Shown here piece after piece: positions 11,944 through 22,364 of a stretch of 64,000 nt of DNA. The stretch is from Dudresnaya verticillata (Eukaryota). A program made the position numbers and the translations under genes. The stretch covers positions 2,480,001 through 2,544,000 of the forward strand of contig OZ374564.1 in assembly GCA_977862235.1 (NCBI GenBank), in the 5' to 3' direction. Under the pieces are notes generated by a model that was not told the DNA's origin, ran no database searches, and saw only the letters and a program-made list of their open reading frames with translations. Within the stretch, counting starts at the first letter, position 1, and each line of letters opens with the position of its first letter.

Positions 11944-12621
11944 TGTGGTGTAGTGAAAGGCGCACCTGTAAGGAGAGCTGATCAGGCAATCCCAATAAGG
12001 AGTGATCTCACACGGCACCGGGGTGGTAGAGCTTAGTTCGTAGACCGAAGGGAATACCTCGAGCGGCAACACTTGTAGGGAGTAAAGGGACGCAACAGAA
12101 AAGGGGAACGGTACAGTGGCAGGACAGCTACACCGGGACGGAGGTAAGAGGAATCCGTGCACTGGGCTGGCGAGGGCAAACCGCAAAGGAGTATGAGTGT
12201 AAGGCTTAGGGTAAGTCACTTTGCCCAGGGTTGCGTACCCGGTTACTGTAGGACTCGCGGGGGCCATCCAATAATATACTGGGAGATACGCCCCGCGGTC
12301 CGGTCCGTGTGGGCCAGACCCCAATGGGTCTGGTCCACCAGGTGGGTCCGGCCCTACTGATCCCGGTCACCGTTGTGGACATACTCGGCATTCTCATTGG
12401 ACACTACGTACTGTACAGCATCATTGCAATTAACTAATTAAAAATAAATCAACTACTTGGCTCCTATTGGTGGTGCGCGCAGACTCCAGCAGGGCATACA
12501 GTGCTACTGTGTCGCTGCACTCCCGCTTCGGCTTTTGGCGCGCGCCTAGCAGAGCGCGGGTTGTCGGCGGTCGCGCGTCGGCTCGCCCCCGTCCGCACTC
12601 CGAAACGGCCACTTCACCACA
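11944..12621 (-). repeat. 5' LTR of element A
   Basis: TGTGGTG...CACCACA termini; followed on the minus strand by the PBS. Confidence 0.95.
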
Positions 12622-12829
12622 CCTAAAACCACGGGTCTTGCATACTCCGAAAGGGCGGGTCCAATAACGCCTTCCCGGAGAATATTCTCCACTTCTTCTT
12701 GTTCCGCCTGTCTGGCCTTTGGACCGGGGCGGTACGGTTGAGTAAATACGGGTGTTGACCCTTCCTTGAGTTCTATACGGTGTTCTGTCACCTTGATTGT
12801 TCCGAGTTGACCACTCCACACAGGGGCGA
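12622..12829 (-). pseudogene. Fragment of element B pol (start of RT)
   Basis: TEHRIELKEGSTPVFTQPYRPGPKAR...REGVIGPALSEYARPVVL; continues into B in copy 2. Confidence 0.9.
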
Positions 12830-14131
12830 CGTCAAGTATATTGGCCAGACATGGCATTAGCGGTTTATGCAACTGTACGCAACTGCGTGGCCTGTTACAG
12901 GGAAAGAGTACAACTGCGGAAGCACACTTCGTTTATGAAGTTATTCCCGGCAACCATGCCTCTCGAATTCGTTGGCATTGACATATTGGGTCCGCTTCCC
13001 CGTTCAGGCAAAGGTAATGAGTACCTACTCGTTATTACGGATCGCTTCTCTAAGCTTACCAGGGCGGTCCCTTTGAAGACCATCACGGCCTATACAGTGG
13101 CGAAAGCCTTTTGTGACCATTGGGTCTACGTGTATGGACCGCCACGATATCTACTTTCGGACAACGGGTCCCAATTTGCATCGAAGTTCTTTATGGAAGT
13201 GTGTAGCATTCTGCGGATCCGCAATCTATTTACGTCCACTTACCACCCCCAGTCGAACGGGCAAACTGAACGTTTCAACCGCACTCTTCTGGCTGGATTA
13301 CGTCACTTCATCGCTGAGGATCAGACTGATTGGGATGAGTTTACCCCCGCGTTGACATACGCCTATAACACGACTGTCCACAGGGCAACGGGGTTCGCCC
13401 CAGTAGATCTCGTTCTGTCGAACCCTCCTAGCTCCCTCCTAATGGAGCGCGCCGAGACGGTCGACGTGGCAAACGTGCCTGCTACCAATGTCAAGAAGCG
13501 TCTAACTCGCCGACTCGAGAAACTAGTGGAGACGGCTCTCCCTCGCTTACGCCTGGCGCAGAAGCGCTATGAAGTCAACTTCAATAACAGGATGCGTCCC
13601 GCTAATGAGAAGATACGACCCGGACAGTGGGTGTTTGTCCAGCGAGAGACAAAACTCAAAGACGCTGACGGCGTGGCACGCGAAGGCAAACTGCTGCCAA
13701 AGGCATTGGGCCCATATAAGGTTGTTGAGCGGAGCACTCATGTGGTCGTGATAGACGTGAAGGGTGAACGCGAGACAATCTCGCTAGATCGCGTAACGCT
13801 GGCGCCCACGACGCACGAGTCGTTGGATGCCCAAGGGGAGACTCCGACAATAGTCGCGCCGCCTGCGCCCGGGTCTACCTTGGCCAGCCGTGGCGCCGAG
13901 CCTCCTCTTCCTCCAATCGAGCCTCCGCGTTCTTTCTCCCGTTTACGAAAAACCCCGGCTCGAGAGCACGTATATGATCGAATCGTTGATTACGCCCAGC
14001 TGGAACAGCTATATCGGATACGTTGGTATCAGGCCCCTGCCACCAAGGACACGTGGGAGCCAAGGGGAAACCTCCCCCGTAACCTCGTAGCGCGCTACCA
14101 CCGCGCCAAGGGAATACCCTACGAATCATAA
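12830..14131 (+). CDS. Integrase plus chromodomain of C (5'-truncated, otherwise open)
   Basis: YWPDM, CVAC, IDILGPLP, SDNGSQF, YHPQSNGQTERFNRTL and GPYKV motifs; chromodomain YRIRWYQAPATKDTWEP. Confidence 0.95.
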   Translation, partial: RQVYWPDMALAVYATVRNCVACYRERVQLRKHTSFMKLFPATMPLEFVGIDILGPLPRSGKGNEYLLVITDRFSKLTRAVPLKTITAYTVAKAFCDHWVYVYGPPRYLLSDNGSQFASKFFMEVCSILRIRNLFTSTYHPQSNGQTERFNRTLLAGLRHFIAEDQTDWDEFTPALTYAYNTTVHRATGFAPVDLVLSNPPSSLLMERAETVDVANVPATNVKKRLTRRLEKLVETALPRLRLAQKRYEVNFNNRMRPANEKIRPGQWVFVQRETKLKDADGVAREGKLLPKALGPYKVVERSTHVVVIDVKGERETISLDRVTLAPTTHESLDAQGETPTIVAPPAPGSTLASRGAEPPLPPIEPPRSFSRLRKTPAREHVYDRIVDYAQLEQLYRIRWYQAPATKDTWEPRGNLPRNLVARYHRAKGIPYES

Positions 14132-14233
14132 GGTGGGTTACTACCCCTAGGGCTGTTGCCCTACTGATGTGTGGGCTAGCGAGCCGAGCTAAGGAAACAA
14201 GGCGCGAAGCCTTGAGATGCGCTCCGACGAACT

Positions 14234-14368
14234 GATGTGGATAGATGAATGCTGGCAGAAGCCTGGATAGATGCGCTCTGCGGAGCTTAAGATTGGATAG
14301 ATGCTGGACGAGCGGATGTGGATAGATGAAAGCTGGCAGAAGCCTGGATAGATGCGCTCTGCGGAGCT
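14234..14368 (+). repeat. Tandem repeat in the 3' spacer of C
   Basis: A 54-bp unit occurs twice at 81-bp period; core TGGATAGATG occurs five times (14238, 14264, 14294, 14319, 14345). Confidence 0.9.
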
Positions 14369-14894
14369 GAATGAATAGGTGTGGTGGCGATTGGCATCAC
14401 AACACTTTACATACGTGCACAGACGGACCTACGCTGTACAGCGGCTAACTTAAACAAGAGCCAGCTGTGGCTGCGACGCTTCCCCGACTCGGGCTCACGG
14501 TGAACGCGTCTTGGTGGCGCGTCTGCCAAAAGACACAGCCATCCCATCATGGCGGTTTACCTTCCCGGTGCCGCCACCAAACGCACGCCGCGAAGTCCCG
14601 CACCAATGACAGCGCGGAGCGCCGCTTAACATTAATCTTGTGCACTCTACAGTACGTACTGTACTCTAAATTTTGGGAAAATTCCCCCGGTCAAGGACAC
14701 GCGATGGTCACTACGCTAAGGCAGAGCGAGGATAGGATGCCGCCGCACGGGAGGAGAAGGATATTCGGTCAATGCAAGTTTACTCAGGCATTACAACGCG
14801 GAAAGGTCCACTTGCTCATCGGGCGCTCCCCCACTCTCACCTATATACTATCCCTAGGGAGCGTCCGATCGAGCACTACAATGTGGAAAGGACG

Positions 14895-17126
14895 TCAGTC
14901 CGAGTCAGAATCCATCAGGTCGATGACCTCGTTCGGGCGCAACGGCGGATTCGCAACGGGGCCTTGCCCTGGCATCATGGTCACGTGACGGACCTCGCGC
15001 ACGACGCGACGACCGCGTCCGCGCCAAGCCCCGACTCCCCGCGCTGGAACTTCACCACCCGCCTCGATAGGCCCAGCACCTCCATCGCCCGACGGCACGT
15101 CACCCTCCTGGACACCCATGTCCTCTTCCTCAAGCTCCTCCTTGAGCAGCAGCTCCGTCTTCACAATAACCTCTTGCGGCTCAGCCGCCGCCGGAGGAGC
15201 CTCGACGGCGCTAGTAGGAAGGATCACCTCGAGCTGTAAAGCATGGCCCGCGGGCACTTCTGGCACGGGTAGGTCCACCGTCACCTCCATGGGTGAAGAA
15301 GTCGGAGCGCTCTCCTCAACGGCCCCTACTGCCAGCTGAGAAGCTGCAGTGGCTGGAACAGTGGTCGGCGGACCCGAGGCAGCGATGGAGGAACTCTCGC
15401 GAGGAACAGCTGACGTATCGGCAAGCGTGCCTTCACGCGGATCCACGCCCTGCCCAACACCGGTTGGTGCCACGGGAGCACCCGCACTGGGCAGCGAAAC
15501 AGCGCGACAGTCTTGATGACCCAAACCCAAACGGGAACGGCGCGGAAGTCGCGGGTCTCTTGAGACGGAAGCGGAAGCCGAGACGCTCGGCGCGCTCGCC
15601 GCTGCTGAAGGACCTGCCACTGCAGAACCCGACACACTCAGCGTGCTCGCCGCTGCCGAAGGGCCTGGCGCCACCACACTCGTTGGGGCTTCCTGAGCTT
15701 GCTCCGACTCCACCACGGCCTGCTGCCCGATAGGCGGAAGCACGGCCAAAGACGCCTTCAACGCCTCGATGGGCCCCGGTGAGCTCACCCAGTTCGACTC
15801 ATAGTCGCAAAGGACGTCTTCGACCCAAGGGGCCAGACTGTACAAAGTCAAGTGGGTAACTTCCCAGTGCACCGCGAGGCGAATGGCGAGACCGCGACGG
15901 TTGAACAAATCCCGAATGGCGGCATCGGCCCTTGCGACGTTTCGCACTCTGGGTGCGTACGGACCCTGGGGCTGTCCCGGCACAGTAGTGTCCATCGGCG
16001 GCACGTCAGCAGGAGTCGCGGGAGCCTTGCCGGAAGCACTTTGCCAATCCTTGGTGTACCCGGTCATGCGCTCACCGTTGTCCACGAGAAGCGTCTCACC
16101 ATCTTGAGGCTGCGGCTGCAGCAAATAATCCGGTAGGAGAGGGTGCCACTGCACCGGGTCAAAGTCGACCCAATCACCAAGGTCGTACACCGGCGTCACA
16201 AACCCGGTGTTCTCCGGAAGGTAGCGGTTGCGCTTGCTAGCGCGGCTCCACCGGATGCGTTCGACGAATACGAGGAGCGCCTCCAAGTCCGTAGCATCGA
16301 CAGCGGTCGCAGTGAGTAAGCCAACTCCAAGTCCTCGGATCTCGGCGCGCAGACGTGCGTTGATGTAATACAAGTACCCCCGACGGGCTTCATACATGAA
16401 GGTCTGCGCCACCATCACCACCCATTCGTTACGGAAGATCATCCATAAGAGACCATGATGGTAACTTTCGTGCATCATATCAAGGGCTCTATACGCCACG
16501 ACTGGGGGTGTGCCGACAGGTATGGAGTAGGAAACCTCGTACTCACGATGATCCGTGGGAATTGGGACGTACTTCCCCGTGTAGAACTCGGGCTTGATGG
16601 CCACCACTTCTTGAAAGTGCGCCGGCACGAAGCAACCGGTCCGATGACGATGGTGGCGCTCGAAGCGAAGGAGTTCGCGAGACATCGCTGTCTGCGGGTT
16701 ATCCAACGCATACTTGAAGTTGGACGTCTCGTCCCACCGCGTAACGCGCGCCATCGTGAAAGGATAGTTATCCCGACCGGGGCGGATGAGAGGCCGCTCA
16801 AAAGTGACCAGCTCCGGGCTGTAGCCTCCCTTCCCGTGAAACGAGACAATCTCCGGCATGAACTCCATGAAGGCTTGAGAGTGGTGCTCCACGTAGCGTT
16901 GCTCGAAGAGGCAGCGCACCATGGCGAGGTCCCAGTAGTGGTCGTTCGGAAGCGGCGGAAGCGCGATATTGGTCCCTCGCAGGATTCCAATCCGCTCACG
17001 CATGAGGAACTCCCACGAGCGGGCTTGAGCACGATGACGGCAATAACGGCGAATGTCCTCGCGACGCGCACCGGCGGTGGCCCGAGTATGGTTAAGTCGC
17101 GTCGAGTCTTTACCGTGCTTCCGCAC
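14895..17126 (-). CDS. Antisense accessory protein of C (unknown function; true N-terminus lost)
   Basis: 743 open codons with strong similarity to 44861-46351 and an A/P/S/E-rich tail ending EVIDLMDSDSD. Confidence 0.85.
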   Translation of the reverse strand: MRKHGKDSTRLNHTRATAGARREDIRRYCRHRAQARSWEFLMRERIGILRGTNIALPPLPNDHYWDLAMVRCLFEQRYVEHHSQAFMEFMPEIVSFHGKGGYSPELVTFERPLIRPGRDNYPFTMARVTRWDETSNFKYALDNPQTAMSRELLRFERHHRHRTGCFVPAHFQEVVAIKPEFYTGKYVPIPTDHREYEVSYSIPVGTPPVVAYRALDMMHESYHHGLLWMIFRNEWVVMVAQTFMYEARRGYLYYINARLRAEIRGLGVGLLTATAVDATDLEALLVFVERIRWSRASKRNRYLPENTGFVTPVYDLGDWVDFDPVQWHPLLPDYLLQPQPQDGETLLVDNGERMTGYTKDWQSASGKAPATPADVPPMDTTVPGQPQGPYAPRVRNVARADAAIRDLFNRRGLAIRLAVHWEVTHLTLYSLAPWVEDVLCDYESNWVSSPGPIEALKASLAVLPPIGQQAVVESEQAQEAPTSVVAPGPSAAASTLSVSGSAVAGPSAAASAPSVSASASVSRDPRLPRRSRLGLGHQDCRAVSLPSAGAPVAPTGVGQGVDPREGTLADTSAVPRESSSIAASGPPTTVPATAASQLAVGAVEESAPTSSPMEVTVDLPVPEVPAGHALQLEVILPTSAVEAPPAAAEPQEVIVKTELLLKEELEEEDMGVQEGDVPSGDGGAGPIEAGGEVPARGVGAWRGRGRRVVREVRHVTMMPGQGPVANPPLRPNEVIDLMDSDSD

Positions 17127-17265
17127 CCCCCTTTCGGGTCATCAGGGCCCGCCTTTTTCCCAGCCTCTACTAAACCTCCTTCGAGCCACTACCAATTAGC
17201 ATGTGATATCGAACAGCTGTCTTTTCTTGTTCTTTGCTGTTTATGGCCGGTGCCATACTGCTACA
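17096..17265 (+). repeat. 3' end of an X-family LTR, probably the deleted 3' LTR of C
   Basis: Inverted match (~85%) to 285-453; ends in TGCTACA. Confidence 0.7.
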
Positions 17266-17866
17266 CCGCGACCACGACCTCCTTCTCGAGAAGAACCTTC
17301 CTGCTTGTCGATTTGCCCACTGGTCGTGTTCCGAATGTCCTGTAAAGGGAAAGCGTTGTAGTCCAAGATTTGCTTGAATTCGGTAGGACGACCGTTACCG
17401 ACGAAGAGCGGAGCACCATTGCGACCCGAATGCTGAACAGCAGGCGGCGGCACACTGTTTTTCCATGGTCAGATGCAGCTGGAAAAAGCGTAATAATCGG
17501 TATGTTTCCAAGTCCAGGATGGTTGTAGGACAGGAAAGGTTTTGGGTTGGATGGAACGTACAACAGAGCGGGGAAGCCGATGTTGTTATCCAAAACCGGC
17601 AGCGGCGCTGGATTGTAGATATCGGCGGCCGCTGAACCTTGCTGCGAGGTTTTATCCATCAATGAGGTAGCACAAAGCGCGTTGGCTTGTTCTTCTGTGC
17701 GTGACACCATTGTTTGGCGCATGTCGACAGGCACCATTTGCGGAAGGTGCGAGATCCCGGGAGCGACGATGAAATGTTGGTTAGTGTGTGCGACGCTGCT
17801 CCCTGGGTGAGCGCCTTGGCTCGCCGGCGTGGGCGCAAGGACAAAGTTGGGGTGCACCGGCTGCAT
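17266..17866 (-). pseudogene. Unknown ORF (MQPVHPNFVLAPTP...) cut off by element C
   Basis: ATG at 17866, P/Q-rich reading frame, probable frameshift near 17455; no recognised domain. Confidence 0.3.
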
Positions 17867-19201
17867 CGCGGTAATGGATGCGGGAGAGGGAAACGCGTAG
17901 GAGAAGGGCGAACGGATAGAGAGAGCGCAGTGTCCAAAAGCAGAGCGTGAAGCGCGCGAGGTGGGGCGCAGTCGTTGCCGTCGGTAGGTGGGTTGCTGTT
18001 CGATGGGCTCTTGGGTGGGGTGGTGGGTGCGGGTGGGCGGTGAACAGCGGCACGGGACAGCTGAAATGTTTTTTCGCACACAGCACGATGGCGCGGCGAC
18101 GAAGAACGTCGGATCCGACGCGTAACGATGCCCGCGCGTGGATTACCAAAACACAGATTTTTATCTCAGGAGAAATATCTAGCAGTAAACACGAGTATGC
18201 AGTACAGAGTGTGACAGAATGTGATAGAGACGGATGACAGAACGCGCGGCGACCGCGAGGCGCGGGAGGGCGGGTGAGAAACGGATGACTACCCAGGCTC
18301 GCTGGGTGTCGACCAAGCACTGCCCCCTTTTGTACATGTAGTGTCGAGTGACCTAGCGCACAAGTGCGGTCACAGAGAGTCTGCGGAACTCTCTGACTGA
18401 ACGTGATGGTCACGCGTCGCTGATACGTGGGGCAGTACAGTGCGGACGGGGCATTACAAAGTGATCAAAGATACTGACCCGTTTTGATCCGCGCGCGCGC
18501 GCTCGGCGATCCGATCCGAGAGCGCGCGCGCGCGCGCTCCGCTCGGCGTGACCGTCACTTCGCCGCCCCGCGCCAGCCGCCGCACCCACTACTTGGTACG
18601 AAGTTCCACGCCTCAGTGCGGGTGACCATTGTGCATGCACCAAGTACTTCTTTTTGAGTATAGAGTAAATGTATTGGCCGAGACACCCGACAATCAGCAG
18701 TTGAGTATGCGCCACGTGGCCCGAATTCTAGCTGAGTATACAATGCGGCCATTGGCTGAGTATAAGTTGATTGACACCCGCCGCACCCCGGGCGCCACGT
18801 TACAGGGCCCCGAACAAGTGCACACGTCGAAAATCTCACGTTGACAACCACACTAGCTGAAGCTCGAGACCTAACGCTCAGGATCTCCGGACATGGTTCA
18901 GACCCAAAAGACTTTCCTTCCGTGCCCGACCCAGTGCGGGACGGCGGGTATAAACATATCCACCTGTCCAGGTCTATCTGACTCGAGGCGGAGCCCAGGA
19001 TCATGTGGATCACAAATACTACTGTATGGGTCGTATTGAGCTGTCCAGCTGTAGGAATAATAATGGCAGCCCGCTGGGGTCGTACGACGACTACGAGGGG
19101 CGACGCTCCGCATCCACGCGGTGGCTTTTGTTGCCAAACACTTTGCCTACCCTCGACTTCTTGTGGGAATGACAATGAAACGTGAGAATAAACTTCTTGT
19201 G

Positions 19202-19253
19202 AGGGTATACTTTATGAAGACAGTTTAAGGGTATACTTTATGAAGACAGTTTA
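19202..19253 (+). repeat. 26-bp tandem duplication
   Basis: AGGGTATACTTTATGAAGACAGTTTA x2. Confidence 0.9.
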
Positions 19254-21416
19254 AGGACAGTTCGTGGAAAGAGGGAAGACATCGAATAGCACAAAATTCA
19301 TGCAGAAATCAGTTAGCTTTGAGAAAATGCACTCGAAACCAAGAAGTGTTCAACAATAGCTACAGAGTAGATCCATGTAGCATACCGTAAAAGAACTCTA
19401 CATTGCGGGATGGCCCACCGTGTATTCAACTTGGAAACGTAGAGAAAAGCATGGGCGGGGTTTCAGTCTCCTTGAAACTCGACTTGCAACACTTTTCTGG
19501 GTGCAAGTGTAGCCTTTCCTCGATAGTTTCGTAACGGCTCTGCCTGAGATTGGGACGACATGTGCTTGCCAAAAGACATGCAAGTCTAAGTGAGTACCGA
19601 TCCTTACAACGTGTATGGTCGGAATAAATCATTTCGAATGCGCTTCACGACGCATCGCAATGGTGACTCCACGCCACGGTTCCACTGGAGACCATGCTGC
19701 AACTCAGGACCTGGATGGGAACCGGTCTCTCGACGAAACTCGCAGCCTCTTCACCGTTTGTCAGCTTGCGGCATTAAACTTTACGAGAGGGCTTTGTATT
19801 CACTGGCTTGTGACCACGCAACCTAACACACTGCCGTCGCCCTTACCACCCTCACCTAACGACCTCTTTTGTAGGACCACTTTATTCATGGGAACGCTAG
19901 AAGCGCCATATTGGGCTTAGCATTGACGGGTCTAGGCGACCGTCAACCAGCTTGTGCCGGTTAACAGACACAGCAACGCAGTTTACAACTAACGATTTGA
20001 GACGAATAAGCAGAGATGGCTTTTCTCTCAGCAGTAGGGGCACAACGATCAGAGAGCGAGCGACGCACTCTCTTCTGCAATCAGAGCCGGGACCAATGGA
20101 ATAGCCTCGTAGATGTCCATCACCATCGCATGGACGTCAGCATTGTCCTCCTCCGACTGTTCCGCTATGCTCCGCACTGATTGGCAGTGACCCACGGCGC
20201 ACTGTAAGGCATAAAATGCGGCTAATTTTGGAGGGCCGAAGTGTTTTGATACAGAACGCAAAAAACTAGCGGTGCTCTGCGCTGTACTCTATTTGGTAAA
20301 ATGCACTTATCGAAGGTCATTTCATTCGATGCACAAAGTGTTTTCTTCTTATGGAAGGACGCTATTGTGACAAATGACCTTGTTCAAGCACGAGCACCCG
20401 CTATTGGCACCTACAAACCTGGTCGTCTCAATGTAACGCTGAAGAGTGCGTACACTACTGTACTTACAGAGAGAGCTGACCTCAGAAAAGAGCACAAGTC
20501 GCACTTCTTCATTACAGATAGGGAGCATTACCAAGTGAGGTTTACATAGCATTACTATCTCTAGGCACAATCAAGTTATAGCAATTGAAGCACAACAGGC
20601 TCTCCTTCTTCAACCATTTCAGTAGCTTATCCTACAATTCTGGAACAAAGCTCGAGTGTTGTCATTCTTTTGCTTGATGTGGCAACCGAAGCCTTGGTGT
20701 GGAGCGGAGAGGCTTTTCCCTCCTGTACAGGAACGCTCTGTGAGGATGCGAAAGCGTTCATTTTATCTTTGGGTCGGCTAAATCCTCCTTCTGGGATGCC
20801 GACCATACATAGAGCCCTCATATAAGATGATTGTCAATATCAGTTTCGACTAGGTAATAGAATTAGGGAAGCAGTCCATTTGAATGTGCCTGAATGTTGG
20901 TTTGTCCTAGCACCGTAGTACCCGTACAGTGATGCGCTTAATATAATGCTTAATGACACACATTGCTCCCTGAAAGCGAATGTTGGCGTAAACTGCCAAA
21001 ATAACTAGAGTTGAGTAATGTGGCGGTTGCCGCCATTAGTAAACCTCCTAGTTATGCCAGCGCGACCTTTGCGGCAATAATTGCCACCGCGCCGGCTGCA
21101 ACATTCTTCAATCTTACATATTGTCCTCATTAAAGGTATCTCTCTCAACTCATATGTGTGCTTCCCTGAATTGCTGTCAGTTTTATAAATATCAGATATG
21201 AAGCATGTTCTCATCTCGCAGCCCCCCCGGCTATTGTTCTTTGCATTGTCATGCATGTTACCGTGATATAATATCAGTTGCATCTTCTTTATCCAGAGCC
21301 GTCGCTTCGTTGAGTCCAATATATAGTGATAACTAGTAACTCTGTCCTGTGCGAACGTACTCCTCTCTTCACGACAAGGAAGTAATTGTTGTTGAGAAAA
21401 GATCAATGAAACAAGT

Positions 21417-22364
21417 ATGGCGATATCTACGATTTTTCTCTCAGCAGCCTTGCTACTCCTTGTATCGGCAACGAAGGTCTTCTCGGAACATACAGAGGAA
21501 ATTCTCGAGACTTCTGTGCACAAGAGAGAACTTTGCGGTGGCTTTTGCACCTTCCGAATTTGCCGACCCAACCTCAACAACAACTTAAGAAGCATTGGGC
21601 AGAAAATGGCGTCGGAAGTGCCTGGTGTCGCGGGCTACACGAATATCTGCAAACCAAGCAGAGAAGTTGGGCTGGTCTTGAAAACAGGGGAACCAATGAT
21701 TAAAGTTGCTTCGGAGACCTACACCCCCCTTAATCGCTGGGCCCCCTCAGGCTTGTCTCCCAACTTTGCAAACCGGTACTTCAGAGCTCGTCGATCATCT
21801 CTTAAGGCTTATAGAACAACCCGTTCCGGAATTGTAAGGCTAATGACGGCTGGAAATCAATGGGACTATCTTGACGACAAGTGCATAGTGCTGCCAGTTC
21901 TTAAATGGAAGGAAATCAATCCGGCAACCAAGGCCTTCGTCGGTATTAGAACATCTTCCAAGGCAACAAGAACAACAGATTGTGTTAGCTTCAAAACAGT
22001 TGCGCCGAAGATGCGGATCCAAGCTACGTGGCTTAACGATGCCGATGTGGACATGACCGTGATAGAGCCTAACGAAGACGTGTTAAGCCGGGCTAGCCCA
22101 AAAACTAGGTTTGGATTTTTCTTCCAAGACTCTGGTGTTGATCAGTGCGGTTTGAGGGAATTCTCCCGAGAGAAAGCTGTCTACCCGTCCGAATTTCAGA
22201 AAGGCCCTTATACTGTTAAGCTCGTAATGAGAAAGAAGTGTGCGGCGAAAAAGTTTAGATGGATCGTCAGGGTTATGCTTGATGGGAAACAAGTGTTCAG
22301 CCAAACCGCAGTGACACGCGCAAAAAGGTTTGAGACAATTGCTACTCTCACCTTTGAAATTTAG
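21417..22364 (+). CDS. Secreted protein with C-terminal YfaP/DUF2135-like beta domain
   Basis: Signal-peptide-like MAISTIFLSAALLLLVSA; single-exon 315 aa; motif IQATWLNDADVDMTVIEP...D....C...E...GPYTV. Confidence 0.8.
   Translation: MAISTIFLSAALLLLVSATKVFSEHTEEILETSVHKRELCGGFCTFRICRPNLNNNLRSIGQKMASEVPGVAGYTNICKPSREVGLVLKTGEPMIKVASETYTPLNRWAPSGLSPNFANRYFRARRSSLKAYRTTRSGIVRLMTAGNQWDYLDDKCIVLPVLKWKEINPATKAFVGIRTSSKATRTTDCVSFKTVAPKMRIQATWLNDADVDMTVIEPNEDVLSRASPKTRFGFFFQDSGVDQCGLREFSREKAVYPSEFQKGPYTVKLVMRKKCAAKKFRWIVRVMLDGKQVFSQTAVTRAKRFETIATLTFEI

Larger units (their letters stand above)
1004..12621 (-). mobile_element. Ty3/Gypsy chromodomain LTR retrotransposon A, copy 1 (full length, inactivated)
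   Basis: Paired LTRs TGTGGTG...CACCACA, PBS and PPT are present. Domain order on the minus strand is gag-PR-RT-RH-IN-chromo, with many stops and frameshifts. Confidence 0.95.
1..12829 (+). repeat. Segmental duplication copy 1 (direct repeat of 47207-60035; may extend left of the window)
   Basis: Sequence and ORF track recur at a constant offset of 47206. Only scattered substitutions were seen (near 163, 776, 2264, 4286, 6443, 7210, 7417). Identity ends after ...CACAGGGGCGA at 12829/60035. Confidence 0.97.
12830..17265 (+). mobile_element. Truncated Gypsy chromodomain element C (IN-chromo, spacer repeats, antisense ORF, 3' LTR end)
   Basis: Plus-strand integrase, a converging minus-strand ORF, and an LTR-type end ...TGCTACA at 17265. 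Confidence 0.85.

Noticed and set aside
11925..12621. Tf1-type self-priming PBS
   Set aside because: No sequence complementary to the PBS was found in the LTR by eye; only a same-strand GGGAAACC echo.
14234..14368. CRISPR-like repeat-spacer pattern
   Set aside because: The repeat is only 10 nt, the spacers themselves repeat, there are no cas genes, and the context is a eukaryotic retroelement.
17131..17145. Hammerhead-like CTGATGA...GAAA on the minus strand
   Set aside because: There is no room for stem II (GAAA is the loop of CCC/GGG), no stems I/III were found, and the homologous copy reads CTGATGG.
16455..17345. 296-aa plus-strand ORF and many similar short ORFs
   Set aside because: Shadow frames of GC-rich coding sequence with no independent motifs.
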